From: an uncultured virus (IMG/VR IMGVR_UViG_3300010885_047022)
Lineage: Duplodnaviria > Heunggongvirae > Uroviricota > Caudoviricetes
Virus record (IMG/VR): IMGVR_UViG_3300010885_047022
Coordinates: 1 to 64,000 of that record
Strand: one strand, 5' to 3'
DNA length: 64,000 bases
Each line of letters opens with the position of its first letter. Position 1 is the stretch's first letter. The notes below the pieces were generated by a model that saw only the letters and a list, made by a program, of their open reading frames with translations, was not told the origin of the DNA and did not search any database. A program made the translations under genes and the position numbers. Below, one piece after another: positions 1-8,644 of the stretch.

Positions 1-89
1 CCCATCAGAGCCCGTACATACTCCTGTTCCGCTGGAGCCATTTTGTGCTCTTCTTGTTCCAGAAATTCAGCTAACCAATAAATTGACAT
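1..89 (-). CDS. Hypothetical protein, truncated at window edge (MSIYWLAEFLEQEEHK...)
   Basis: Read manually: ATG at 89, AGGAG Shine-Dalgarno (SD) and TGCTATTAT upstream; open to window start. Confidence 0.6.
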   Translation of the reverse strand, partial: MSIYWLAEFLEQEEHKMAPAEQEYVRALM

Positions 90-145
90 TTTTCTCCTAA
101 AAGATAGTTACTATGTATATATAATAGCATGTTTTGAAAACTTAT

Positions 146-349
146 TCAGCCTATGCAGTTTCTTGAGCAGAACTTTTCATTATTATGCTCATAGACTATG
201 CCACGTACAAACTGTCTGTTGCATGTGGGGCAATTAAAAGTTTTGCCCTTTAATCCTATATATAAAATAGCTTTACCTAAAAGCTCTACTTTTAATGTAG
301 CTACGGGTGAATTTGAAACATTTTTCTTTGCGGGCTTTTTACCGGCCAT
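146..349 (-). CDS. Small basic zinc-finger protein
   Basis: CPTC...CSRNC motif; Lys-rich N-terminus; AAGGAG SD. Confidence 0.6.
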   Translation of the reverse strand: MAGKKPAKKNVSNSPVATLKVELLGKAILYIGLKGKTFNCPTCNRQFVRGIVYEHNNEKFCSRNCIG

Positions 350-400
350 TTTGACTCCTTAGGTATTCAAGACATCTAGGAGTATAGTAATCACTTTTTC

Positions 401-1141
401 CTATTTATAGTTATTTTGCACGTAAACAGGATACGTTCCGTCTATTTCATAGTACTTTAGGGGGAACCTATCGAATGGATCTATGCCATCCTGTATTCTT
501 TGCAGGATAGATTGTACGGATTTGAATTCATCTTTATTATATTCCGTATGGGCAAAGGATTCTATCTTTTTAACTATGTCTTGTTCGCTGGCAAAATAAG
601 AAAAATGCCATCCCGCATCGGGAATAATATTTTTAGTATTTGATCTCAAATCTTGGGGGGTTGTGTTTGCCAGATGCTGAAACTTCAGAGCCACTGGTCT
701 TGCCCCCTGGTTGCAGTGTTGTGGAGCCATCCAATGAAAGTTCCAGAAGTATTGATTATTATCTAATCTTGTAGGTAGTTTAATTTTTTTCAATTTCCGT
801 ATAACAGATGGTTTAATTATTTCATCTGCGTCAGATATTAAAATTACGTCATTCTTCTCAGCAAGAGACAGCCCATCTACGATAGCGTTTCTTTGAAAGT
901 ATTCTCTTTCCCAAGATGTCGATAATGAAGAAGGAAAATCTATTCTTACTTTAATAATTTTATCCTGCCACCGTTCAATCCAGCTGGAAACATCATCTAG
1001 ATAGAACGGTTTATCAATGCCGGTAAACGTTTGTGACGCCTCGACAATCACAAAGTAATCTACGACATCATTAAGCTCTTCCAATCTTAGACGAAGAATA
1101 TCTTCTTCATTAAAATATGTAAAACAATCAAATATTTTCAT
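401..1141 (-). CDS. Glycosyltransferase family 17 (MGAT3-like GlcNAc transferase)
   Basis: IFDCFTYFNEEDIL-LR-EL, VVDYFVIVEA-TFTG, REYFQRN, ISDADEI, GWHFSY, KIESFAH motifs. Confidence 0.85.
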   Translation of the reverse strand: MKIFDCFTYFNEEDILRLRLEELNDVVDYFVIVEASQTFTGIDKPFYLDDVSSWIERWQDKIIKVRIDFPSSLSTSWEREYFQRNAIVDGLSLAEKNDVILISDADEIIKPSVIRKLKKIKLPTRLDNNQYFWNFHWMAPQHCNQGARPVALKFQHLANTTPQDLRSNTKNIIPDAGWHFSYFASEQDIVKKIESFAHTEYNKDEFKSVQSILQRIQDGIDPFDRFPLKYYEIDGTYPVYVQNNYK

Positions 1142-1586
1142 ACACTAATACATTCTCATTTTTAAAGATTGAATATCTTCTAATGTCAGTTTCCACTTGT
1201 GCATTAATAGTTAGATATTTTCCAAGATCATTTGCCCAAACACCTGGATTGACCAACATTGCAAAACCACCAGGTTTTAAAAAGTTTTTAATCTGGCTGG
1301 CTGTCATATCGGTGTCACCGTTTAAAAGTTTTGGATCATAATTAAATGAAATAAATAAATCACAAATTGATTCGCCAAAATGCATTCCGTTAACACCAAC
1401 CTCCCAGTACTTGCACCAGTCGTTAGAGAAATATTTTTCTCTTTCAGTATGTAACATAAACGCACCAATGCTGTGCTTAGGTGTGCGCAAAACATCTATC
1501 AGTTCTTTGTTGCGACCATAAACAGTTGTGAATGTTCTTTCGCGGAACACATCTCTAATTATATGTGCTACGTAGTCCCAGTTCAT
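1128..1586 (-). CDS. Hypothetical protein, possibly a degenerate methyltransferase fold
   Basis: LKPGG motif only; ATG 7 nt after TGCTATAAT (leaderless). Confidence 0.5.
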   Translation of the reverse strand: MNWDYVAHIIRDVFRERTFTTVYGRNKELIDVLRTPKHSIGAFMLHTEREKYFSNDWCKYWEVGVNGMHFGESICDLFISFNYDPKLLNGDTDMTASQIKNFLKPGGFAMLVNPGVWANDLGKYLTINAQVETDIRRYSIFKNENVLVYENI

Positions 1587-1594
1587 AATATATA

Positions 1595-2134
1595 TTATAG
1601 CACAGGTTTACGGGCATCGACTTTAAGCCAGCCCCATTCATCTCCACGCTTAACATCCAATATCTCAAAACCCATTGTTTCAAAGTCGTCTTGTAACATT
1701 CTGTGCGTTAAGCCTACAAAGTGAAAGTCAAAAGGATTGAGTTGTTCAGCAAAAAAGATTTGCTGCATTCTTCTGTCTCCATCAAGCGAGTCCATGGTAA
1801 TCAATTGATTACAGGCTAGAATAAAGTCTGGGACTTCTATTCTGATCATGCCACCTGGCTTAACGATTCGACACCATTCAGCTAATACTGATTGATATTC
1901 TTTCCAAGGAAAATGTTCTAGGCATTCTGAGTTATAAACTATGTCAGCGTAGTTATCCGGAAGATCGATTTTGCGAGCATCACATACAACGTCTACTGGA
2001 ACAGTTCGTTTATTAACATGATCATATAGTGGAGTTGGATCTATGTCAATGTGCATCCAGTCTGGGCCAAGATATGTTCTAGTTCCTATGACTACCTTAA
2101 TGCCGTCGCCTTGCGGAATAGTTTCTAGTCTCAT
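1595..2134 (-). CDS. Class I SAM-dependent methyltransferase
   Basis: DID, CDAR-I-LPDN-AD, CLEHF, RIVKPGG-I-I-VPD; start moved to 2134 (TGATG overlap). Confidence 0.8.
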   Translation of the reverse strand: MRLETIPQGDGIKVVIGTRTYLGPDWMHIDIDPTPLYDHVNKRTVPVDVVCDARKIDLPDNYADIVYNSECLEHFPWKEYQSVLAEWCRIVKPGGMIRIEVPDFILACNQLITMDSLDGDRRMQQIFFAEQLNPFDFHFVGLTHRMLQDDFETMGFEILDVKRGDEWGWLKVDARKPVL

Positions 2135-2994
2135 CAGATCATTCTTCCTCTGTAGAAATTGGTCCATCTAGGAACTTTAATAAGATCGACTTCTCTACCC
2201 AATGCTGCTATATATATCGTCTCTGGATTTTCATTTATTCCCTGTAGTTCCGGCTGTGATTGATACCACTCTTCTAGATATATGGCGCTCCAATCTTCAA
2301 ATCTGGTTACATTAGGACTATGGTACGTGACATTCGGGCCAACGTAATATTTATTCCACTTGTTAACCCAATTAACAACACCTTCATTAATCCTATTTCT
2401 AGATGCGGGATCATTTGAGCTAGTTGAATCATGCCGCACTTGGACAGATGGATCAGCTATCATTTTCCAACCGTCAAGTCTAAGACGAGTTTGGTAATCG
2501 ACTTCTTCTTGATGACCGATCTGAGTATCAAATCCACCAATTCGCAAGTATGCCTGTTTCTTAAGCATCCAGCAGAAACCTACGCCCCATAGTATCTCTG
2601 TATACTTGGGTCTTTGAATTTGATAAGCTCCACCGTTAGGGAAGGCCATGGCAACTTCTAAGTTTGTAGCAAGATACCCCGCAAGTTTTTCGTCCCATCC
2701 ATGAGTTGTCACATAGGCGTCGTTATCTAAGTAGCCGAGATAATCTGTTTCGGCCCATTCTAATATTTGATTAACTGCTCCGACGTATCCACTATTGTGA
2801 TCTAGAAATCTTGGAATGATTCTTGAATCTTCACTAGCGTGTCTTTCAATAACTTCTCTGACACCTGGGTCAGTCGAAGCATTATCGACAACTAGAAAGC
2901 GCCAATCGGAAGTAGAGTTCTCTCTCATATTAATGAGCATCATATTTAACTTCTGAGGATTATTATAACTAGCAGTGCCCATATCTATTCTCAT
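2134..2994 (-). CDS. Glycosyltransferase family 2
   Basis: VVDNASTD, N-GY-GA-N, LDNDA (DxD), GGFD...EEVDY-R; start 2994 (ATGA overlap). Confidence 0.85.
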   Translation of the reverse strand: MRIDMGTASYNNPQKLNMMLINMRENSTSDWRFLVVDNASTDPGVREVIERHASEDSRIIPRFLDHNSGYVGAVNQILEWAETDYLGYLDNDAYVTTHGWDEKLAGYLATNLEVAMAFPNGGAYQIQRPKYTEILWGVGFCWMLKKQAYLRIGGFDTQIGHQEEVDYQTRLRLDGWKMIADPSVQVRHDSTSSNDPASRNRINEGVVNWVNKWNKYYVGPNVTYHSPNVTRFEDWSAIYLEEWYQSQPELQGINENPETIYIAALGREVDLIKVPRWTNFYRGRMI

Positions 2995-3728
2995 GGCTTC
3001 ACCCACCACTGTTCATTTTCATGACGGACAAATCCTATTTTCACTAACATTGGATCCCATTCCCATTCGTATTTATTATTAATAGCTAGGTGCATTGGAA
3101 TAGAATTTCCGTGCTCGGCATCGCCTATGCCGAACGCATTATTGGGAATGAATACGCCGTTTTTCTTTAGGCAGTTAAATATAGCTAGCGCCCATTCATC
3201 GACGTTTACAACATGCTCGAGAAAATCTAAAGCGACAACACCGTCAAACTTATTACTACCAATTGTTGGCGCAAAGCTATCAGTGAATAAAGTTTTGATA
3301 TCTAGATCAGCGCGCTTGCTAAATCGATACTGTGCAAAGTTTGCTGTTTTACTATTTTCCAAATCATGGTATGTCGTCTCAATGCCCTGCTCTGCCATTC
3401 GCAAACTGAGAGTTCCAATTCCATCACCAATGCTTAAAACATTCTTTTTTCCAGAATGAAATAAACCTAAGGAAATTCCCTCACACATACCCTTGTAATT
3501 AAAACCCTCATCTAAATGATAGGCGGATAGCTCCCATATATAAGAGTCAGTAGTTCTATACCAATTTAATAAAGAATTAGGATCATCTACATTAGTTTGA
3601 TTGTCAATAAAATCTTTAGCGACTTCATGATGATTAGCATGAAATCCAAGACTTAATCTATTCTTTGCATCGTTTAAACTTATTCCTAAAAATCCAGAAA
3701 TAAGTTCAGCTTGATTATCTATGTTCAT
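2991..3728 (-). CDS. Class I SAM-dependent methyltransferase
   Basis: VLSIGDGIG motif I, FDGVVALDFLEHV, LKKNG. Confidence 0.8.
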   Translation of the reverse strand: MNIDNQAELISGFLGISLNDAKNRLSLGFHANHHEVAKDFIDNQTNVDDPNSLLNWYRTTDSYIWELSAYHLDEGFNYKGMCEGISLGLFHSGKKNVLSIGDGIGTLSLRMAEQGIETTYHDLENSKTANFAQYRFSKRADLDIKTLFTDSFAPTIGSNKFDGVVALDFLEHVVNVDEWALAIFNCLKKNGVFIPNNAFGIGDAEHGNSIPMHLAINNKYEWEWDPMLVKIGFVRHENEQWWVKP

Positions 3729-4584
3729 TTTTTACTTTCTCCCATAATAGATATGAGGATATTAGTCCTTCTTCGTAGGATCTATTGTGTAATGATTTAC
3801 ACCATGTTGTATCTTTTGGTCTTGGGGCAATCCCCTTAAAGTGCTCATGTGATACACCTTCAATTACAGGGTTAATACATCCATGTAAATTATACTTTAG
3901 ATCTCGTGCTATTGCAAATCTACTACACTTTATAGGAATCCCTAAGTGAACTATTTTTTCTTTGGCGTTCTTGAAATTCAAAGCTCTGTTCCAAAGTATT
4001 TCAGCGGCATCGTCTGCAAACAATGGGGAAAAAAATCTATCATTAACTTGTAGCTGAACATCATCCTGAATCATTGACTCTAGGGGATTCTTGCGTCCAA
4101 TATTCTGGAAAGGTCTTACACCAATAACAAAAGTTAATCGACATATTTCAGTATTTTGATGAGCTAAAGCTATCTGTTCAGCAGTTAGTTTTTGTTTGCC
4201 ATAGTGAGTTAATGGATGAGCTATATCGCTAGTATCATAGCATGAGTTCTCTCCACTGAAAATACCTTGAGTACTCCCTTGTATCAAGTACTTGTCATTT
4301 TTCGTTACCCATGTACATAGTGTTTTTACTAAATCAACATTTACACTTACATATTTCTGCGGATCTGATTCAACGACATCAACTCTATTCTCTCCAGCTA
4401 AATTAATAATTACATCTGGATTTATAATGTCTAGTTCTTTTCGAACGTCTTGATTATCAACATCTATTCCATGCCATCCAGGACTAGATGTTTTTCTCGA
4501 ATAGATTACTTCAACATCTTTTGGCTCATTGATTTTCATATGTTGACCGACAATACCACCGGCACCTAATACAAGAATTTTCAT
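3715..4584 (-). CDS. RmlD-like dTDP-4-dehydrorhamnose reductase / NAD-dependent sugar reductase
   Basis: GAGGIVG Rossmann motif, PDVIINLA, ST, YGKQK (YxxxK), APRPKD. Confidence 0.8.
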   Translation of the reverse strand: MKILVLGAGGIVGQHMKINEPKDVEVIYSRKTSSPGWHGIDVDNQDVRKELDIINPDVIINLAGENRVDVVESDPQKYVSVNVDLVKTLCTWVTKNDKYLIQGSTQGIFSGENSCYDTSDIAHPLTHYGKQKLTAEQIALAHQNTEICRLTFVIGVRPFQNIGRKNPLESMIQDDVQLQVNDRFFSPLFADDAAEILWNRALNFKNAKEKIVHLGIPIKCSRFAIARDLKYNLHGCINPVIEGVSHEHFKGIAPRPKDTTWCKSLHNRSYEEGLISSYLLWEKVKNEHR

Positions 4585-4608
4585 ATTTCCTTCTTTAAGA
4601 ATGTTATT

Positions 4609-4702
4609 TGGCGGAGAGAGTGGGATTTGAACCCACGGATGTATTTTACCACATCGACATCTTAGCAGGATGTTCCATTCAACCGTACTCTGGCACCTCT
4701 CC
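4609..4702 (-). tRNA. tRNA-Ser(GCT) with encoded CCA
   Basis: Acceptor stem GGAGAGG/TCTCTCC-G-CCA; anticodon arm ACATC-CTGCTAA-GATGT; long variable arm; GGTTCAAATCC T-loop. Confidence 0.95.
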
Positions 4703-4710
4703 TAAATTTA

Positions 4711-5469
4711 TTAGGAAACTATACCAGGTTTTTCTACATCTTCTGACATTCTAGTTCTACTCCATGCTCCGCATGAGTTGCAATACCATTGCTGATATGT
4801 TGCCACTTGGGTGTATCTTTGTCCACGACGTTGCAGATCTTCCGATTCACATATTGGACAAGAGCTTTCTCCTGAATATACATTAAGATTTGGATGATTA
4901 GCCATCCATGGTCTCAGTTTCATGTAGACATTACGCAACAAGTCAACGTCTTGTTTGGCATACTTTGTCATAGTCTTCCATGCCCTCATGTCTCCACGCA
5001 TGCATCCAGCCCATGTAGCAAAGCCACCTGTATCCACCTTCGCACCTACACCTAGGTGTTTCCCAAGGTTATCCAATTTATTACTATTGAACATAAAGTA
5101 TCTTCTGGCAGATTTTAATGTATCAATTTGTTTTACTGGCGAGACCGGTCCTAGATTGTGGTAAACAAATCTTGCATTTGCTTTACGCATATCAAATCTA
5201 TCTCCATTGTGGGCAATAACAATATCTGCCTCATCTAAGAGATCCCATAACTTTTTTGCAACATGAAAATCATTTTCTGGATCCTTAGCGTAGGTATCTG
5301 GAAAATCCACTAGAGCGCAAACTTGTGTTTTACTTTCATGTTCCCATCTATAGGAGACACACAATAAATACCATTCGCGCTCATGCTCAATAACATTCTG
5401 TTCAAAGTGCCCCCAAACATAACTTAAGTTTGGTGCAGTTTCTATATCATAATAAAGTATCTTTGCCAT
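4711..5469 (-). CDS. RNase H-like (DEDD) 3'-5' exonuclease with C-terminal zinc ribbon
   Basis: YDIET, AHNGDRFD, YAKQDV; CPIC...CNSC. Confidence 0.85.
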   Translation of the reverse strand: MAKILYYDIETAPNLSYVWGHFEQNVIEHEREWYLLCVSYRWEHESKTQVCALVDFPDTYAKDPENDFHVAKKLWDLLDEADIVIAHNGDRFDMRKANARFVYHNLGPVSPVKQIDTLKSARRYFMFNSNKLDNLGKHLGVGAKVDTGGFATWAGCMRGDMRAWKTMTKYAKQDVDLLRNVYMKLRPWMANHPNLNVYSGESSCPICESEDLQRRGQRYTQVATYQQWYCNSCGAWSRTRMSEDVEKPGIVS

Positions 5470-5513
5470 ATGTACCTGTTTCAGTCTGGCTTACATTTTT
5501 AATCGCTGCAACT

Positions 5514-5522
5514 ATTATAACA
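5514..5522 (-). promoter_or_regulatory. Extended -10 promoter (TGTTATAAT)
   Basis: Perfect TGnTATAAT about 45 nt upstream of the exonuclease start. Confidence 0.65.
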
Positions 5523-5569
5523 CAAATGGTGGCGCAGTGCTCTTTAAAAGTCACACCACACCACCATTT
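5520..5569 (-). terminator. Long stem-loop (terminator or small RNA)
   Basis: 16-bp stem including three G-U pairs on the minus strand, ending in TTTGTGTT. Confidence 0.55.
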
Positions 5570-5581
5570 TATAATAGTAAT

Positions 5582-5791
5582 TTATTTATTAACTGTTTTT
5601 AAAATTAAAAAGAATAATTTCTGTAGCTGTTCTTCGGTAGTGCTGAAAACCATTTCTTGATTATCTCCAAACGTCAATTTTATCACATGCCCCTTGATTA
5701 ATCCGCCCTCTGTTGTTATCATTGAAGTTGATGGAGTAATCTCTATATTTTTCATTGCTGGCATAAAACCAGCAAACGTCATATCATCCAT
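5582..5791 (-). CDS. Hypothetical protein
   Basis: ORF track; TAATG coupling with upstream micro-ORF. Confidence 0.65.
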   Translation of the reverse strand: MDDMTFAGFMPAMKNIEITPSTSMITTEGGLIKGHVIKLTFGDNQEMVFSTTEEQLQKLFFLILKTVNK

Positions 5792-5949
5792 TATTTTTTC
5801 TTTTTTCTAGCTACTGCCATATTATCAATTAAATTTGGATAAGGACGCCCTGCTGCCTTTGCTCGAGCTTTTGCTTTCACTTTTAATTTTGGCGTTAATT
5901 TCTTAGACTTTTTCTTAGGGGATGGATTATCCCAAACCATTTCAGCCAT
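5791..5949 (-). CDS. Small basic protein, 52 aa (MAEMVWDNPSPKKK...AKARAKAAGRPYPNLIDNMAVARKKKK)
   Basis: Read manually; fills the gap exactly; TAATG-coupled to the next gene. Confidence 0.75.
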   Translation of the reverse strand: MAEMVWDNPSPKKKSKKLTPKLKVKAKARAKAAGRPYPNLIDNMAVARKKKK

Positions 5950-5951
5950 GA

Positions 5952-6257
5952 TTAACTCTTATCTTGATCGTAAATCTGATATCCACTATCTGTAGGTTTT
6001 GTTTCCTTATCCTTTAGTCCGTTTGCAGCGAGAACTCCGCTTAAACAACCAGACAAGAATAAAACTATAGGAACTAGCAGGGAATCAATAAAAGCTTTGT
6101 CGTTGGGACTCTGCTGATTAATCGGTTGAGTGACGAACACTAAAGCGTACATCACTCCACATACAATGACCATAAATGTAAATGCTAAACTCGCACCGAC
6201 AAATAAAACCATACGAGCTTTTATTTCACTATTTGTATATCTTTTCTTTTCATTCAT
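5952..6257 (-). CDS. Two-TM membrane protein (holin-like lysis accessory)
   Basis: Two hydrophobic helices; ATGA overlap gives start 6257; downstream of endolysin. Confidence 0.65.
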   Translation of the reverse strand: MNEKKRYTNSEIKARMVLFVGASLAFTFMVIVCGVMYALVFVTQPINQQSPNDKAFIDSLLVPIVLFLSGCLSGVLAANGLKDKETKPTDSGYQIYDQDKS

Positions 6258-6445
6258 TGAGGAACACTCCCATATATCTCTTCTGGACACGTTCCAGAAG
6301 CTGTACAAATTGGTGGTTTACAATCCGCACTCTCCCAATTAGTTGGATCCTGACATGGGTATCTGTATGCATCGCTGCATCCACTCAATAATCCCATACA
6401 AAATGCACCTAACATAGCTACTAATGCTAAAATCACTTTACGCAT
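6254..6445 (-). CDS. Small Cys-rich lipoprotein
   Basis: MRK + hydrophobic stretch + LSGC lipobox; four further Cys; TGATG overlap with endolysin. Confidence 0.7.
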   Translation of the reverse strand: MRKVILALVAMLGAFCMGLLSGCSDAYRYPCQDPTNWESADCKPPICTASGTCPEEIYGSVPQ

Positions 6446-7251
6446 CAGCCGAACATCTTCTTCCATGTTACAGGACCAACAGAGCCATCCGCAGTGAGGC
6501 CATTTGCTGTTTGCCATGCCTTTAGTGAAGCAACAGACTTGGGGCCAAAATCGCCATCTGCTTTTGCTCCAATGATTGCCTGAACCAAAGAAGCTGACGC
6601 TCCTTTAGAACCAAGACCTACTGGAGCACCTGGGTAATCAAAGTGCATGCCACCGCCAGCAGGTGCAGCTGGGGCTGCTGCTGGAGCAGCCTGTACTGCG
6701 CCATTGGGGGCAGCGTCGCCAAGACAGTACTGCCAGTGCCATGCCTCAAATTCTTTAGAAGCAGGGTTATCTCCCTGAAGGTAGAAACCATACTTGGGGG
6801 CGTTTTCACACATCCACTGGAAGGCAGGAACATTGAGACCAAACGAAGCGGTCTTGCCGCCCTGATCGTAACCAAGGTCAATAGCAAGTCCCCAGCCATG
6901 GTTAGAACCCTTGAGACCAGTTGGGTCTGGGGCGGCTGACGGGGCTTTGCCCTTCTTCAACCACCAGGTCTTACCCTCATATTGACGGGTAACGCCAGTG
7001 CCAGTATCAGTTGTTACATAACGATCCATAAACATGGACAGCTGACCTTCGAATGAGCGGTAGTCGCCAACGTTCTTTAGCTTGATGCCAGCAACAATTG
7101 CTGCGTCATACAACTTGTTAAACTCTGCTGCGACGGGGGCATACATTTTTCCGCCAGTCTTAATGGGTGCAAGTACGCTGTCAGCTAACTGACCATTCTT
7201 ATACTGCTTAAGAGCCGTAGGTACTACAAGTTTGATAAAAGGTAAACTCAT
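6445..7251 (-). CDS. Endolysin: M15 (VanY-like) zinc peptidase with C-terminal peptidoglycan-binding domain
   Basis: YRS...Q, SNHGWGLAID, EAWH; Ala/Pro linker; DGDFGPKS...WQ...GLTADGSVGPVTW. Confidence 0.9.
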   Translation of the reverse strand: MSLPFIKLVVPTALKQYKNGQLADSVLAPIKTGGKMYAPVAAEFNKLYDAAIVAGIKLKNVGDYRSFEGQLSMFMDRYVTTDTGTGVTRQYEGKTWWLKKGKAPSAAPDPTGLKGSNHGWGLAIDLGYDQGGKTASFGLNVPAFQWMCENAPKYGFYLQGDNPASKEFEAWHWQYCLGDAAPNGAVQAAPAAAPAAPAGGGMHFDYPGAPVGLGSKGASASLVQAIIGAKADGDFGPKSVASLKAWQTANGLTADGSVGPVTWKKMFG

Positions 7252-7293
7252 TTATTAATCTCCTATTTTCTTATTTAATATAATAGTAATGCA

Positions 7294-7920
7294 TTATTTA
7301 AAACTTGGCCAGCCACCATTTATAAACTGAAAAACTTTAAAAGCTTTATTAAAGTTTGCTATCATTAAAGATGGATTGTCTGCCATTGCAGGACTTACTT
7401 CTACATGTATATGAGTCGATCCGATGGTAGTTCCACCGTGACGCAAGTGAGCAGCTCTATCCCAAGTTTTCCATCCCGAAAATCTTTTCTCATTAAATTC
7501 CGAGATAGCTGCTCTATCACATCTATAGCCAGCTCCAAACATATTTCTTTCCGTATATATTTCCGGAGGCTCTGAAGCAGGTCTTGCATAACGGGGGATC
7601 GCTGATGTCTTAGTCCCTGGAAGATATACCCCACAATAATCATGGATTTCCTCTATACCTAACCCCTCTGCACCATCTGATAAAAATCTTAACAAATTTA
7701 TATTTAAATATCTAAAATCACCATCTGCTGGCAATATAGGTCCAACGTCAAAAGCCCTACCAGTATAGTGTACAGAAATTACGTTAGACGTTAAAGTTCC
7801 AAGAGGTCGCATTTGAAAAAAATAGCAAATACGATCATAAAGAGCTGTTACTCCAGGCCTAGACTTTTGTTTATTAACTTTTACGTCGGCCGTACCAGTA
7901 TAGGGTCTATTGTTTTTCAT
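7294..7920 (-). CDS. M15-like (Hedgehog/DD-peptidase fold) zinc peptidase, second lysin candidate
   Basis: SVHYTGRAFD and HIHVE zinc-ligand motifs. Confidence 0.7.
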   Translation of the reverse strand: MKNNRPYTGTADVKVNKQKSRPGVTALYDRICYFFQMRPLGTLTSNVISVHYTGRAFDVGPILPADGDFRYLNINLLRFLSDGAEGLGIEEIHDYCGVYLPGTKTSAIPRYARPASEPPEIYTERNMFGAGYRCDRAAISEFNEKRFSGWKTWDRAAHLRHGGTTIGSTHIHVEVSPAMADNPSLMIANFNKAFKVFQFINGGWPSFK

Positions 7921-8126
7921 TTTTTCTTATTTTTATTTGTTATTTTTTTTAAAGTCTTAGCAAAATTAGCTTGTTGTACAGTTAGTTTACTGTATTTAGC
8001 TGGGTTTTTTGTAACTGTCGCAGCAAATCCTGCTGGAGTTTTGCCAACTTTTTTAGCTTTGGCAGTGAATGCTCCAGGTCTTTTAATGGCTTTTTGAATC
8101 CACTTTTTATCGGCTGGCTTCGCCAT
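7917..8126 (-). CDS. Small basic protein
   Basis: KKWIQKAIKRPGAF; very Lys-rich; ATGA overlap with next gene. Confidence 0.75.
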   Translation of the reverse strand: MAKPADKKWIQKAIKRPGAFTAKAKKVGKTPAGFAATVTKNPAKYSKLTVQQANFAKTLKKITNKNKKK

Positions 8127-8184
8127 ATTTTCTAGCCTTTCGATTAGACATAAATATTGATATATCTATAGTAATGATAGATGC

Positions 8185-8224
8185 AAAAAAAAGAGGGCCA
8201 TGACATATAGTCATAGCCCTCTTT
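8185..8224 (-). terminator. Rho-independent terminator
   Basis: GAGGGCTATGAC/GTCATGGCCCTC stem followed by a long T run on the minus strand. Confidence 0.85.
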
Positions 8225-8240
8225 AATTAAAACGATTAAA

Positions 8241-8372
8241 TTACATCTTCTTCTTTTTCTTAGCTATTGCAGCCTGGATAAAGGGGGGAAGTTTCTTTTG
8301 AGCTGCAGTCATACCAGCTGTCTTTTTCGAAGCTGTTTTCTTAGGTGCAGCTGCTTTCTTTTTCATGGCCAT
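8241..8372 (-). CDS. Small Lys/Ala-rich protein, 43 aa
   Basis: Read manually: MAMKKKAAAPKKTASKK...KKKKKM; GGAGG SD; 14 Lys and no Asp/Glu. Confidence 0.75.
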   Translation of the reverse strand: MAMKKKAAAPKKTASKKTAGMTAAQKKLPPFIQAAIAKKKKKM

Positions 8373-8374
8373 GA

Positions 8375-8638
8375 TTATACCTCCGTTGATTTTATTTTTT
8401 TTTCACTTGATTTTTTATAATGCCACATCATGTGGTCATGCATCTGGTCATCGACTTTATCAACTTGCTCATCAAGATGATCAACCTTGTGATGCAGGTG
8501 TAAAATCTCATCTTTTACGTCGCCTATTAACTCTGCAACGGTATTATGATCACTTTTATTTTCTGATCTACTTTTTTGAACTAACGCTGCAAGTATAGCG
8601 CCGACGGCAGCAATTATGGCAACAGTAACAGCTTCCAT
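8375..8638 (-). CDS. N-terminal TM plus His-rich coiled-coil protein (lysis-associated type)
   Basis: Hydrophobic N-terminal helix, then heptad-like acidic/His segment. Confidence 0.65.
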   Translation of the reverse strand: MEAVTVAIIAAVGAILAALVQKSRSENKSDHNTVAELIGDVKDEILHLHHKVDHLDEQVDKVDDQMHDHMMWHYKKSSEKKIKSTEV

Positions 8639-8644
8639 AATTAG

